Shown here piece after piece: positions 1-13,286 of a stretch of 64,000 bases of DNA. How positions within the stretch are numbered: position 1 is the first letter of the stretch; each line of letters starts with the position of its first letter. The translations under genes were made by a program, and so were the position numbers. The notes under the pieces are model-generated. The model was not told where the DNA came from and made no database searches. It saw only the letters and a list, made by a program, of their open reading frames with translations. This stretch comes from Eledone cirrhosa (taxonomy: Eukaryota), in assembly GCA_964016885.1 (NCBI GenBank), contig OZ024743.1:111786001-111850000 (forward strand). The letters run 5' to 3'.

Positions 1-7
1 GTTTTGG

Positions 8-1424
8 AAATTCTTCCTGTTTTATGTGAAAAAAGTGGCTTGGAAGGTATTAAGATTGGGTTGGTTGTTGAATATCTGTGAATAAGCACTATAAATGTCG
101 TGCCAATTCGTGTGCAAATATTCTTGTAGTCAAAACAATTTTGATTGGTCGGTAAAAGTCACGTGAATGTTTAAATTGATTTTAGCGCGAGCTGGTTTCG
201 CGCCAAATGTAGGTTTGTCGAAGATTATCCGATTCCGCTTGATTGAGTTGCAGTCATGTTGAGAGGTCAACAGTTCAGGTGTCTATTAAGAGAAATATAT
301 TTGCGTGTGTGTGTGGTTCATTGGTGTGATAATGGAAATTAATAGGTCAGTAGAAATATGTGTGTACGTGTGTATGTGGGAGGGGGGTATTTTAACATGT
401 TCAAACATATTCTTCAGCTCTTGTCCTATACGGACCCCGTCTAAACACTTCTTCCTAAGACGAACCCACAACATACGCACGTTGACATACATACCTACAT
501 CAGCATACATCCTACATACATTTCTATCCACATATAAACACAATGGCATACGCAAACACACATGTTCTATGGTGCAACACAAATATACACAAATTAGCAC
601 ACCTTATACACGTGCCGACATGCACACATACACATACGCACACATGTATTGCACATTGAGGGGTGCATACATATGTGTACACAAGTATCCCATACGGCAG
701 GGCCTAATATATTCCCCCTTGCACTGCGTACAATCTGGACTCACACACGCCTTGTTGTTATGACAATACTATACATCATTTCACCTCTTTTGTTATTGAT
801 GTTATTGATGATCTTTTGAGAGAATCAGTTTTGCAAATGACTGAACATATCGAATAATGTACGCCATTTTTACCAGTACCACAAAAATACTGGTCTATCC
901 ACACACACACACACACGCATGCACACGTACGCACAAACATACAGACAGACATACACACACACTTATAAGACAAGAGCTGAAAAATATGTTTCTAACATGT
1001 TAAAATAATCCCCACCCCCACAACCACCACCACGCACACTCACACACACACGTACACACACATTCCTACTTACCGATTCATTTCCATTATCACAACAATG
1101 AACCACTTTGCTACACACACATACACACAGACATATTTCTCTTTTTAGACACCTGAACTGTTGACCTCTCAACATGACTGCGACTCAATCAAGCGAAAAC
1201 GGAAACTCTTCGACAAACCTACATTTGGCGCGAAACCAGCTCGCGCTAAAATCAATTTGAACATTCACGTGACTTCTACCAACCAATCAAAATTATTTTG
1301 ACTACAAGAATTTTGCAACACGAATTGGCGCGAAATGTAAAGTGCTTATTCACGTGACATTCAACAACCAACCAAATCTTAATACTTTCAAAACCACTTT
1401 TTTCACATGAAACAGGAAGAATTT
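8..1424. repeat. Long inverted repeat (arms ~8-425 and ~969-1424, ~540 bp spacer)
   Basis: AAATTCTTCCTGTTTTATGTGAAAAAAGTGG at 8 is the near reverse complement of CCACTTTTTTCACATGAAACAGGAAGAATTT at ~1394-1424. Similarity continues inward to CAGCTCTTGTC (~425) / GACAAGAGCTG (969). Confidence 0.9.
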
Positions 1425-1836
1425 ACTGATCAGATTAGAGCAAAAATCACGAGCACTCTATCTCAAAACTATTTTTGAAAAGCATAAGAAATGCACAACC
1501 GGTAAAAACTGAAAAGTAAAACTGAATACTAACTAATACTTATTACTAATTTATACTTATTCTTAATTAAACTATCTTTCACTGTTGACTGTCACCACAT
1601 ATTAAGAACCTGAAGATTCCGAAAGCATGAGAGTACTTGTTCAATTAACACTTAGAATGTAATATTCTGTCATACTATTTCATTATAATACCATTATACA
1701 TTTTAAAGGATTGTAAATAAAACGAGTAAATCAGACAAAGTTGGAATTCCTCTTATTAATATAATCTTCTATACACAATCATACACACCCGTGTATATTT
1801 ACCTATCTATCTATATATATATATATATATATATAT

Positions 1837-1868
<32 letters not shown>

Positions 1869-1871
1869 AGT

Positions 1872-1947
<76 letters not shown>

Positions 1948-3338
1948 TTGTGTCTTTGTATATGCATATATATATATATATAAACAAATTAACTTGAAAT
2001 AGAGTTTTGAGACGCGAGTGTATTAGGATTCTCATATATAGATAGAGAGCGACAATGTGTGAGAGATATTATTCATGAATTAATAATGAATTAACGAGAA
2101 TACATATTTGTATATTTGTAATATATATATGTGTGTTTATAAATATGTGTGAAGGTGTGGGCTTGTGCGTGCGAGTGCGTATGTGTTGGTGGGTGTGTAT
2201 ATAATCTTTATTTGTTACAGAAATGATTGTATGTCAGACTGTTTAATTTATATATATGCGAGGATGAATATTGGAAATTCATTGAAAACTTATATGTGTA
2301 TATTTGTGTATCATATTTCATATTGTAGTAATAACATCGATTTCTAGTAACTCTGTGATATCACTGGTCAATGTCGATTCGTATCTTGTGTTGAAACTAT
2401 TTTTCTAAGGATGCGTTGAACAAACATTCACTTTCCGTGATATATCATATATATGTAGATTATTTATTTTGTATATTCAAATATGAGGAAACTATCTCAA
2501 TAACAGATTTATATTGTTACCCATAAATTTATATACGCCCGCATATTCATGTATATATAGATAGTAATATGAAATTGAACGTAAATATCGTGACATGAAT
2601 TTGAGCACAAATTCAATCATATGCAGATACAATGTAGGCATAATTTGTACATATTCATCCTGGTAGACAGAGACACGAAAATATATTTTTACTTTTCACG
2701 CAAGCGTATATTGCGATGCAGATCAACGAATAAATATACAACAAGATAGATGTGTACATGTATATCTATTACATATATACAAATAATAAATGTTAAAAAA
2801 TCACTTAGAAGAACGCAACATCTTATCTATATTAGTAAAATACACCTCTTCACAGTTGATGAATTGTTTAACCATATCAGCACTGGGGAAGATAAATACG
2901 CTGTATTTGTCTTCCCGGTAGATATACATATAAAACCGCAGATACTTTTGATATTATTTTTCAGGCATTAGTCAACCCTGTCAGTTAAACCATGACTATT
3001 TCGTCTTATTTTCAGGAATAATGAACCTCAAGATACAGAACTTTCAAATTTCAAAAACGTTCTTCAAGTTATAGAATTTTCAAATTCCAAAGAATGTAAA
3101 ACATTGTAATAGAGAAGTGTTTGAAGTTTATTAGGTTCAATTTCCCTCAAATTTCACAATACCTTCTTCAATTAATGGGTCATGGTGTCATGAAGATTTG
3201 GAAATAGCTTCGAAACAGATATAGTAATCAGTGCAGCATCTCACTTCCACATTCTAGAGTTAGAACGAACCCAGAGAAAAAAATAAATGTCAACCATCCA
3301 TTTGAAATGACAATGTGTTTATTGATAAACATATTGTT

Positions 3339-3369
<31 letters not shown>

Positions 3370-3379
3370 CACCCATAAC

Positions 3380-3439
<60 letters not shown>

Positions 3440-3600
3440 TATATAAATATATATATAGATATACACACACACACACACACTCATATATATATATCCAGGT
3501 AGTCTAACGTAAAGTTACTGTAGATTCACCCAAATGAGCACTCGATATTTAGATTCACGTCTGTAGCGAGGTGTAGAGCTAAACAGAGTGTAAATATAAT

Positions 3601-3860
3601 AATACAAGAATGATTTGCTATGTCTTCGTAAAGTTTATTGATTGGTAACGCGCGTTTCGATAATGATCAGCTCAAAGTTCGATCTATATCGATCTGGCCC
3701 GACTCTGGAATCAAAAACTCGTCATCAACAGAGGTTCGACGAGCTTTTGATTCCAGAGTCGGGCCAGATCGATTCCGATCGAACCTTGAGCTGATCATCA
3801 GCAAAACGCGCGTCATCAATCAATAAACGTAATGAAGGCATGACAAATCGTCCTTGTATT
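3601..3860. repeat. Fold-back palindrome containing a decayed hammerhead-like motif (Penelope-like pLTR-derived)
   Basis: Arms ~3601-3724 and ~3738-3860 are reverse complements. They carry TGACGAG...(G/A)AAACGCGCGT(C/T). The flank 3495-3640 recurs inverted at 59465-59800. Confidence 0.8.
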
Positions 3861-4145
3861 TGTGTTTATATATGTATATGTGTGTGTGTGTGTGTGAGTA
3901 TGTGTGTGAGTATGTGTATGTGTGTGTGTGTGTGTGTGTATGTGTGTGTGTGTGTGTGTGTGTATACAAAAGGCAAATAAACTTATTTTTAAATGAAAAG
4001 ATGCAGCTGATCCATTTGTATATCTTTTTAAAATTATTGCAACATGCAGGGGCATCGGCAGTACATTATTCGACAAACATTAGTACATTTAATAATATGC
4101 AATGATCCTAATAGATCTAAAATCTGGTATTATTCTATATGTAAT

Positions 4146-4265
4146 TCTGAGTTCAAATCCCGCCGAGGTTGACTTTGCCTTTCATCCTTACGGGGTCGAT
4201 AAAATAAAGTACCAGTAATGCACTGGGTATTTGCTGGCCTTGTGCCTAAAGTAGAAACAATTATT
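4146..4265 (+). mobile_element. 5'-truncated tRNA/CORE-type SINE with 20-bp TSD
   Basis: GTTCAAATCC B-box, CTTTGCCTTTCATCCTTACGGGGTCGATAAA core, ATT tail. ATTATTCTATATGTAATTCT is duplicated at 4129-4148 and 4260-4279. Confidence 0.9.
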
Positions 4266-4814
4266 CTATATGTAATTCTAGATTACAGTTTCACCAATAT
4301 TTTTATCGCAATCAGCACCACTGCTTCAATATATTCATATTTCTTTAACTTTGCTTGATCTCAGAACTTCCAATTGGAGTTATATATAAATTCATCTCAC
4401 TATTGGAAAATGTCATACAAAGAAACATGTGAACTCGGAATCTCACAGACATACCGAAATGGTACTGATGTAATTAATAGTGTACATTTGATATCTTTGA
4501 AGATACGTCTAGTTGAAAGCCCCGTCTAATTCACAGCTGCAATGAGTTCGAGATGTTTGTTTTTTTAAGGTAATACGTTGTTCAAGAAACTACTGTTAAA
4601 TAATTGCTTAAACCACCAACTAGGTTTAACTCAATCCCATTACTGCACTAGGGCTTGATGAACACAACAACAAGTATATGGTCCGAACGAGGAAGAGCCT
4701 AACTCCCACTGTCATTGCCTCCATCTCTCTCGCCCTCCCTATCTCTCTGTAAGGTGAGAAAATGGGATCCCACCTGCTGGCCTCCCCACAGCCCCGGCGG
4801 ACAAAACGGAGAAG

Positions 4815-4979
4815 GCGCTGGAAGAGTCATTCCAACTCGCGAGGCTCACACCTGCTGCTGGCCAGCTCAGCGCCTATGGAGGTGAGTAGGGAGGTAGCCC
4901 TAGGGCCGAGGACACCATAAGTCTCCACTGTCAAGGGCACGACCGCGAACCTGTCGGAGAGCGACCGGTACTTGATGAG
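4815..4979 (-). mobile_element. CRE-clade non-LTR retrotransposon C-terminal (REL endonuclease region) remnant
   Basis: Minus strand translates LIKYRSLSDRFAVVPLTVETYGVLGPRATSLLTSIGAELASSRCEPRELE*LFQR, resembling the KY...P..VET.G..G...LFQR motif of CRE-like elements. Confidence 0.65.
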
Positions 4980-5379
4980 TCCATTTTAGAGGTTCATGTG
5001 TTCTGGCGTGAGCCTGATAGACAACACGAAGTTGGAACACTATCTTGACGTTCTCTTACTTGTACATTGAAAACATTTCTAAATGAACCGATCTCAGTCT
5101 CAACAAATGACAACCACCGTGGAGTATTGTCTCCCACTTCCATATATTTAGAAAACGAAGTGTGCATTGAAGAAATGTATGCTTCATGTAAAAAATAATA
5201 ATTTCACTTAAGGCGAGGATTAAGACAGGAAAGATTTCAATGCATATGAGATTGAGGAAAAATATCAAGATGAAAACAACAAATAATAAACAGAGATATA
5301 TGAGAAATTCGATGTCCACTGAGTAAAATATATATTTCTATTGAAGTATAGGATAGATATTTATAAAGATAGATATATA

Positions 5380-5822
<443 letters not shown>

Positions 5823-6193
5823 GACATGGAAGCTTATACATATGTATTCATTTTTCGCTATATTCCTCTCTTCCTCACATATACATTTACAAACATACAA
5901 ATATATCTCCAGCAACACATATGTGCCTAAATGATAAAAGATAGACAATATATAAACATTGAATATATGAAAATAATTCTGTTATTTTCTTATTGTATAT
6001 AACTTTCATTATTTGTTCGTATCTATATTTCTTATAAGTCTCTTACTACTTACCAAATGTTAGGCTTCACCAGCCATGTTTGAGGACATACATACAAATG
6101 TGTGCGTGTGTATGTATGAGGGTCTCTACGTAGATATATGAGTATTAATGTTTATATATTTCTATGTAATAAATCATATATATATATAAAATG

Positions 6194-6238
<45 letters not shown>

Positions 6239-6250
6239 TAATGTGTATAT

Positions 6251-6331
<81 letters not shown>

Positions 6332-6357
6332 GTGTATATATATATACATATATATAA

Positions 6358-6392
<35 letters not shown>

Positions 6393-6650
6393 TAATGTAT
6401 ATATATATATATATATATATAATGTATATATATATATATAATGTGTATATATATATATATATATAATGTGTATATGTATATATATATATACATACACAAA
6501 CATGTATATCTACTTACATATATTCATGGAATCTCTCACAATCGCACACGCACTCACACACACCCACGCACATATATATGTATACATACATATATATATG
6601 TATACATACGTTATATTAACAAATGGAAACTATATTTATAAAACCATATT

Positions 6651-6715
6651 TATTTCATTATACATATTTCAAGGACACCAAGTTAAATTACGGTGTGCTT
6701 TCATCAGATAAAATA
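6651..6715 (-). ncRNA. Type I hammerhead ribozyme motif, family A
   Basis: Minus strand: UAUUUUAU-CUGAUGA-[AAGCACACC...GGUGUCCUU]-GAAA-UAUGU-AUA^-AUGAAAUA. Stems I and II pair. It lies in a unit at ~6615-6935. Confidence 0.8.
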
Positions 6716-7064
6716 TAATATAGAGCAGTTTTATAAATAAATATTGACATACCCTTAAATAGTGCGACCATTTCTGTTGGAAGCTCCCGGATAGTCCAAA
6801 ATAAATATGGTTTTATAAATATAATTTCCATTTGTTTATATATCGTATTTTTACTCCAATAATTTGTTGAGTGCTTTATATCAGTTATAAAAATATTTGC
6901 TTGTTGTATCCCAACAATTTAAATAGAACTTCTACATATATGTATACATATATATATATGTATATATATATATATGTATATATGTATGTGTATGTATGTG
7001 TGCGTGTGTGTGTGCGTTTGTGACAGAGCGTGCGTATACGAATGTATGAATGTAGGAATCTATG

Positions 7065-7141
<77 letters not shown>

Positions 7142-7696
7142 CATTGGGTGTGTGTGTTTGTGAACGTGTGTGTGTGTGAACGAATATATGTATGAATATA
7201 GGTTATGTATGTATGTATGTATGTCTTTGTTTTTTTATTTTTCATATACCTTCTGGCGAGGATTAGGATTAGGATTAAATCTACCAAGCTGTTGTTTCCA
7301 CAACACATCATAAATGAACTTCGCTTCGAAACATTTTAATTTTGTGTCTTTCTTTTCAGAAAGTCTTTTTATTTTAAGAAAGTTGCACATGAAAATGTAT
7401 TGGTCATCACCAAATGCAAATTACTCATTGTATTCGTAACATATGGCCTTACAATATGAGGAGACGTTGAAAGCTTTGGCAACGATTCTACAGATGCAAA
7501 AGCTTACAGACACATATTACACACACATACACATAAGCAGACACGCACATATCTGTATAATATATATATGTATATATATATATGTATATATATACATACA
7601 TATGTATATATGTTTGTATATATATTGTATATATATTGTAAGCACTCGGAATAAATTACCTTTTTATGATGTCTACCTGTTTTATTATTCATTCTT

Positions 7697-7793
<97 letters not shown>

Positions 7794-7940
7794 AAAGTTA
7801 TATTTAAAATTGTTGGGTTACAACTAGTAAATATTTATAACTGATATAAAAGCACTCGACTGCCAGCTCAACCTCTTCAAATGCAAGTCGGTGTTGTTAC
7901 GGTATGTCGAATCTATTTATCTATAAAACTGTTTATATTG

Positions 7941-8006
7941 TATTTTGTCTGAGGAAGGCATAGCATATTGTTAATATGATATCCCCGAAATATATATAAT
8001 GAAATA
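7941..8006 (+). ncRNA. Type I hammerhead ribozyme motif, family A
   Basis: UAUUUUGU-CUGAGGA-[AGGCAUAGCAUAUU GUU AAUAUGAUAUCCCC]-GAAA-U AUAU-AUA^-AUGAAAUA. It lies in unit 7791-8048, which is flanked by (TA)n. Confidence 0.8.
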
Positions 8007-8726
8007 GATATGGTTTTATAAATATAGTTTCCATTTATTTAATATTGTATATATATATATATATGTACGTATGTATGTATATATATGAACACTTCCATCA
8101 CTCCCAATCTGAAGTACAGATGTTTCATTCTGCATAGAAGACACATTGAACGGTGGAAGGTGTACTCTTAGCTTATAAAGATTACATGAGATATCACTTT
8201 GTCCTCCAAAATCCTTATTGGACCAGATTAGTTATTGTTAACACACACGGTAATGCATAAATGGCGGCTTTTATTCATAGTGAAATCTTCATTTGTAATT
8301 ATTTAATTACATCACATCTGTCAACAATTAGATATACACATATACTGTAAAGCGTTTTGGATATACTCAGCTAGTATCAATCGCATACTGTAATATATCA
8401 ACACCTCGGTTCTCTGTCACAGACCAACTGATTTAATCAGCATTCGATGGATGCCAATCATATAGACTAAAGAAAAACAAAGAATGGTTGAGGTGGTAGA
8501 AGGCTGTGCCAGGTAGAAAACTAAGAGCAGAATGTGGCATATTGTGGTAACATTATTGATACAATATGTCGATTTCGTGTTATCATTTCCGTTATGATAG
8601 CTTCCTTGGAGAGTCTGCCGTTAATACTGCTCATAATATTGTTTACGTGCTTCAGTTTATTTCAGTATATTTCATAATTCATATACTTGCGCTATTGCTA
8701 ATTTCTCTATCTCATAATGATATACT

Positions 8727-8805
<79 letters not shown>

Positions 8806-8808
8806 TTA

Positions 8809-8845
<37 letters not shown>

Positions 8846-8848
8846 TTA

Positions 8849-8920
<72 letters not shown>

Positions 8921-10091
8921 TGTTTGCGTGTGTGTGCGCGCGTGTGTATGTGTGTGTCTGTGTGTGTGAGTGCGAAAAACTATCCTCGTTACTATATTAT
9001 TTTTTTAAGATTATTAAAGATTCTCATAGTTAATCACCAGGGAATTTATTTTAATTAACCATTCTTGGTAAATGCTATGAAAATATCCACACTATATTAT
9101 ATAATTATTTATATATATATTTAAATTATTTTTGATTCATTTGATTAATTATTGTTTTACGTTTGTTTATCTTTTTGTTTTAATGTTTCTTTTAATATAT
9201 TTCTGAAGGTCTGATTTCAATAAAATTGTAAACAGAATTTTCACTATTTTCGAAGTCTTCACAAACAGATAAATGAATAAGAAAGACCGACCAGTTTTGT
9301 CTGAAGCCACTCTCGTTCGTTCCATACCATCTCTCGTAGAGTTAATTAGAGTCCTTTAGGATTTCTGAGAAACCTTTCAAATCCCAAACCAATATCTTTG
9401 AAACAATGATGTCATTAATTTGTTAATTAACTTCAACGTGTTCTTCTTTCCAATTCTAACTAGATTATATTTATTTTCTTTCATTTCCTCGAGTTTTCGC
9501 TTCTTTCTATATGATATTTCCTTCCACCTTTCTATAATTTCTCCCTCTCTTTGATTTTCTAGTTATTCTCTCATACCTAAACCTATATTTGTGTTGTCTC
9601 CCTGTTATCTATGTTGTTTATATATGTTTTACTTTTTAATTACAATTGTAATAAATGATGCGCTGCTATTGATGGTGGGGGCATTAGCTGTAATGATCGT
9701 AGTCGAAGTGTTGTTTATTATGGGACTGTTATTATTGTTGCTTGTTTGTTATTTGTCTTTGTTTTTAATTTACCTTAATGTGTTAATGATAGTTTGGTTA
9801 CTTTACGGATCTAAATGATTCCATATTATTTTCAAATTTTTCTTCGCATCCTTAATTAATTTCAGATTTGCATGTTAAATTCTTTCTTTTCCTCGTAATA
9901 TACTAGCTAAATATATTATTATTATGATTATTGTTATTAGTACTATTGTTAATGTTAATATTATTATTATTGTGGTTGTTGTTATTTGTTTTTTTTTACT
10001 GTTTATTTTCTGAATGTTTACTAAAAAGATATGTTGGATATTAATGATGGTGGCTGTCATAAATGAAATATTAATTCCGATTCTTTATATA

Positions 10092-10278
10092 ATAATTGTT
10101 TCTATTTTAGGCATAAGGCCAGCAATTACCCAGTACATTACTGGTACTTTATTTTATCGACCCCGTAAGGATGAAAGGCAAAGTTAACCTCGGCAGGATG
10201 TAAACTCAGATCGTAAAGGGACGTAACTATACTGGAAAGCATGTCCGACCCTCTACCGATACTGACAATTCACCGCCC
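10092..10278 (-). mobile_element. Full-length SINE with 16-bp TSD
   Basis: Reverse complement of the SINE consensus. TTCTTTATATAATAAT occurs at 10081-10096 and 10279-10294. Confidence 0.9.
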
Positions 10279-10549
10279 TTCTTTATATAATAATGATGTC
10301 TTTATAAGCCAGATATGGTCCACATTAAGACAACATTAAAGACGGCACAGGATGATACAGAATGGCACATGAATATGCAATGTGAGTCTTTTTTGTGTAA
10401 ACATTTTTAAACATAAACAACAAACGCAGAAATTCGAAGAAAATAAAACTCCCACTAAGGAGGAACCTTCCGAGTGTCGTTTGTGGAGAAATCCTAAAAT
10501 AAGCCATGGTCACCCTGATCGCTATGACCTGTGTATCCTCTCAATTATG

Positions 10550-12560
10550 CTCATAAAAACAACAGGTGTATGCTCTGAGCAGGGCCATTAACTTGAGCCA
10601 TGTTCACCTTTCTCCTTTCAAAAAACGGGTTGGTGGTTATCACTTCACCCTCTACCCTGATATTCCTCTCCATTTGAAACCCGAACAAGCTGATCGTGGT
10701 TTCACCGAAGACGAAATAACTTCTCTTCAACCTTTTCAAACCTGTGCACCGCACCTCCATTTTTTCCATGGGCTCCAGGGACATTAAAACTGCCTCTATT
10801 TCCCAGCTAGAAGAAGGCGGCGGAGCTATTGTCCCGATGGACTGAAAAGATAAAGGGACCTGTCCTACACGTAACAGTAGGTGTTTGACAAACCCATAAT
10901 TAAGCAATACCCGGACAATCAATGAATGCACACAGGGGTTTATTTTATTAATAAAAAATGTTTCTATATTTGGAAAAAGGCTGGCAAATATCCTAGTATA
11001 TTACTGGTACTTTATTCTATTGACCCCGTTAAGATAAAAGACAAAGTTAACCTCAACGGGATTTGAACTCTCACCGTAAAGGCCCGTAACTCAATGCTGC
11101 AAAGCATGGCGTCGGATCCTCCACCCATACTTAATGCGCATAATTAGCCACGACATCCCCAACCCTCTACGTAGAGGTTGCTGTAACAGAATAACCACCT
11201 CACCAGCAGAACCTAACCTCTCCACAAACATTTGAAGAGGAACCATTCTAATTTGGCGAGGTGCAAACGTGGACAAGGCACGACGGTCAGATGGTTATAA
11301 ACGTGATGTACGCGTTCGCCACCTCCGCCTGACCGTTTCGTAAACCTGTCACAATTCTTATCCAGCTGGCGTTCTGTTCCGAACAAACCCCGAGCATCTT
11401 TACTGGTCCTACCGTCCAGTGCCCGATGACGCTGTTGGACGGCATAGACTTACTTCTCCAGCTGCCGAGCTGCTAGCCCACCTATTTTCTGGGTTTAGTT
11501 TTATTCACGTCAGCCTTTTATATTCCTACAACAGCTTCAGCTTCCGCAGTAAACGCTCGAGAGAGGCACCGTCACGGACCGATTGGTAGATCTTAAACGG
11601 TGCTGAAATATGGCCATTAACTTTGACTAATGAGCATGTACGACTGTGTATTGCAGCGATCCAGCCACTGAAGACGGGACCAAAGCCAGCTGCTTTGAGG
11701 ACAGCTTCCAGGTATCGATGTTCGACACTATCGAAAGCTTTTGCTTTAGTTGAATTGAACAGAACACCCCACCAAAGCTAGATTTACACCCTACCTTCTA
11801 TATAATGTATCGCACGAAGTGGAGGTTGTCGTGAAATGGGCTAATACAATTTTCACCGCTAGTACTTCAGTTTCAATGCCACTACAAATAGTCTCGCTAC
11901 ATTAGCTACCCCCCCTCCTTTCTAACTTTATTAACGCTACTTGTTTGCTTCAACCTATCGAGATTACTCTAATCTATTTTTCTGAGGCTCCACACCACGT
12001 TTCAACATTTGTGTAACTAAATTGTTGACCCCGTCCCTAAACATTGACGGCCGGAAATGTATTTCAACTTCAGATAACCAGGTCCTAACCTGCGTGTCTT
12101 ATATATCACGAACTTGTGATCTGAATATGTTACTATATGAAAAGGTGGACAACCTATACTGTTTTTATCTATTGACCTAATGAAAAGTGATCCTTTGCGT
12201 TTGAATCAGGTCCTCACTGAAATGTCAGGGAAATATAGACGGCACCTGTCGGACAGTTTAAACTGATTGATCAGGTAATTGTGGTTTTGTACTACCCGCT
12301 TCTATCAGCTACTCAGACACAATCCCAGCCTGCGTCTAAGATACCGTTCCAGTCCTCCGCTAACACTAAATGGCGAGTCGTTTCCAGAGTGGCTTCCAGG
12401 TGCCTAAAGAAATCTAGCTGTCTGGCCGCGGTCGGTGCGTAGACGGCCAACTGTCTAAAGGCTCCGGCTTCGTGTCCAGGACCACCCAACGTACCCTCCG
12501 AGTCCTGTAATATCGACTTTGCCTCGAGATCCAGGCCTTTCCTAAACAGTACTGCCAATC
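10550..12560 (-). mobile_element. Decayed Tx1/L1-clade LINE ORF2 (APE endonuclease, RT, C-terminus), interrupted by a SINE at ~10955-11125
   Basis: 12313-12558 gives AVLFRK...AVYAP...EDWNGILD (EEP motifs). ~11650-11750 gives KAFDSVEHRYLEAVLKAAGFGPVFSGWIAAIH (RT). 10551-10770 resembles a Tx1 C-terminus. Many stops and deletions. Confidence 0.8.
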
Positions 12561-12605
12561 CACATCAAACAAACACTCACATATATAGATAAATATAAAT
12601 ATATT

Positions 12606-12650
<45 letters not shown>

Positions 12651-13216
12651 GCATATATATATATATAAATATACATATATACATACACTCACATACACAC
12701 CCGCATACATATATATATATGTGTGTGTATGCCTTTGTGTTTGCATATGCGTATTTTTCTGTAACCATATAATATACACATATGGAGATTTACGTGATAT
12801 AAATTCAATGGTGGCAGGCATAATGCAAGCGGCTGAGATGGACCAGTTCAATTTTTCACGAAACCATAAAAACATCTTTTACACAAACAAAATAGTCTCT
12901 CTTGCTTCAATTTTAATTCAAATGAATAGGAAAATATTATGGAAATTATGAATTTTTGCATGATATTACACGGTTCTTGTTATCATTCGGAAATTTAACC
13001 ATCTAATTAGCGTTCAAAATGTTCTTCTGAATTATTAGCATGTTTAGAATCCCCGACAGAAGTGCAATATTAAAAATATGATATGGTTATCTCTAATGCA
13101 TGTCTTTGTATGCTTTTCCTCCGTATCCTTCATATTTTCGCGCTTCTTTTGTAATCCTTGACACACTCATACGCACACACATACACACACATACACATAC
13201 ACATACGCATAAGCAT

Positions 13217-13286
<70 letters not shown>

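Noticed and set aside
1609-1632. CTGAAGATTCCGAAAGCATG (and similar CTGATATCGGAAGAAAC at ~41140)
   Set aside because: HHR-like, but stems and cleavage triplet are missing. Possibly decayed copies, so not counted.
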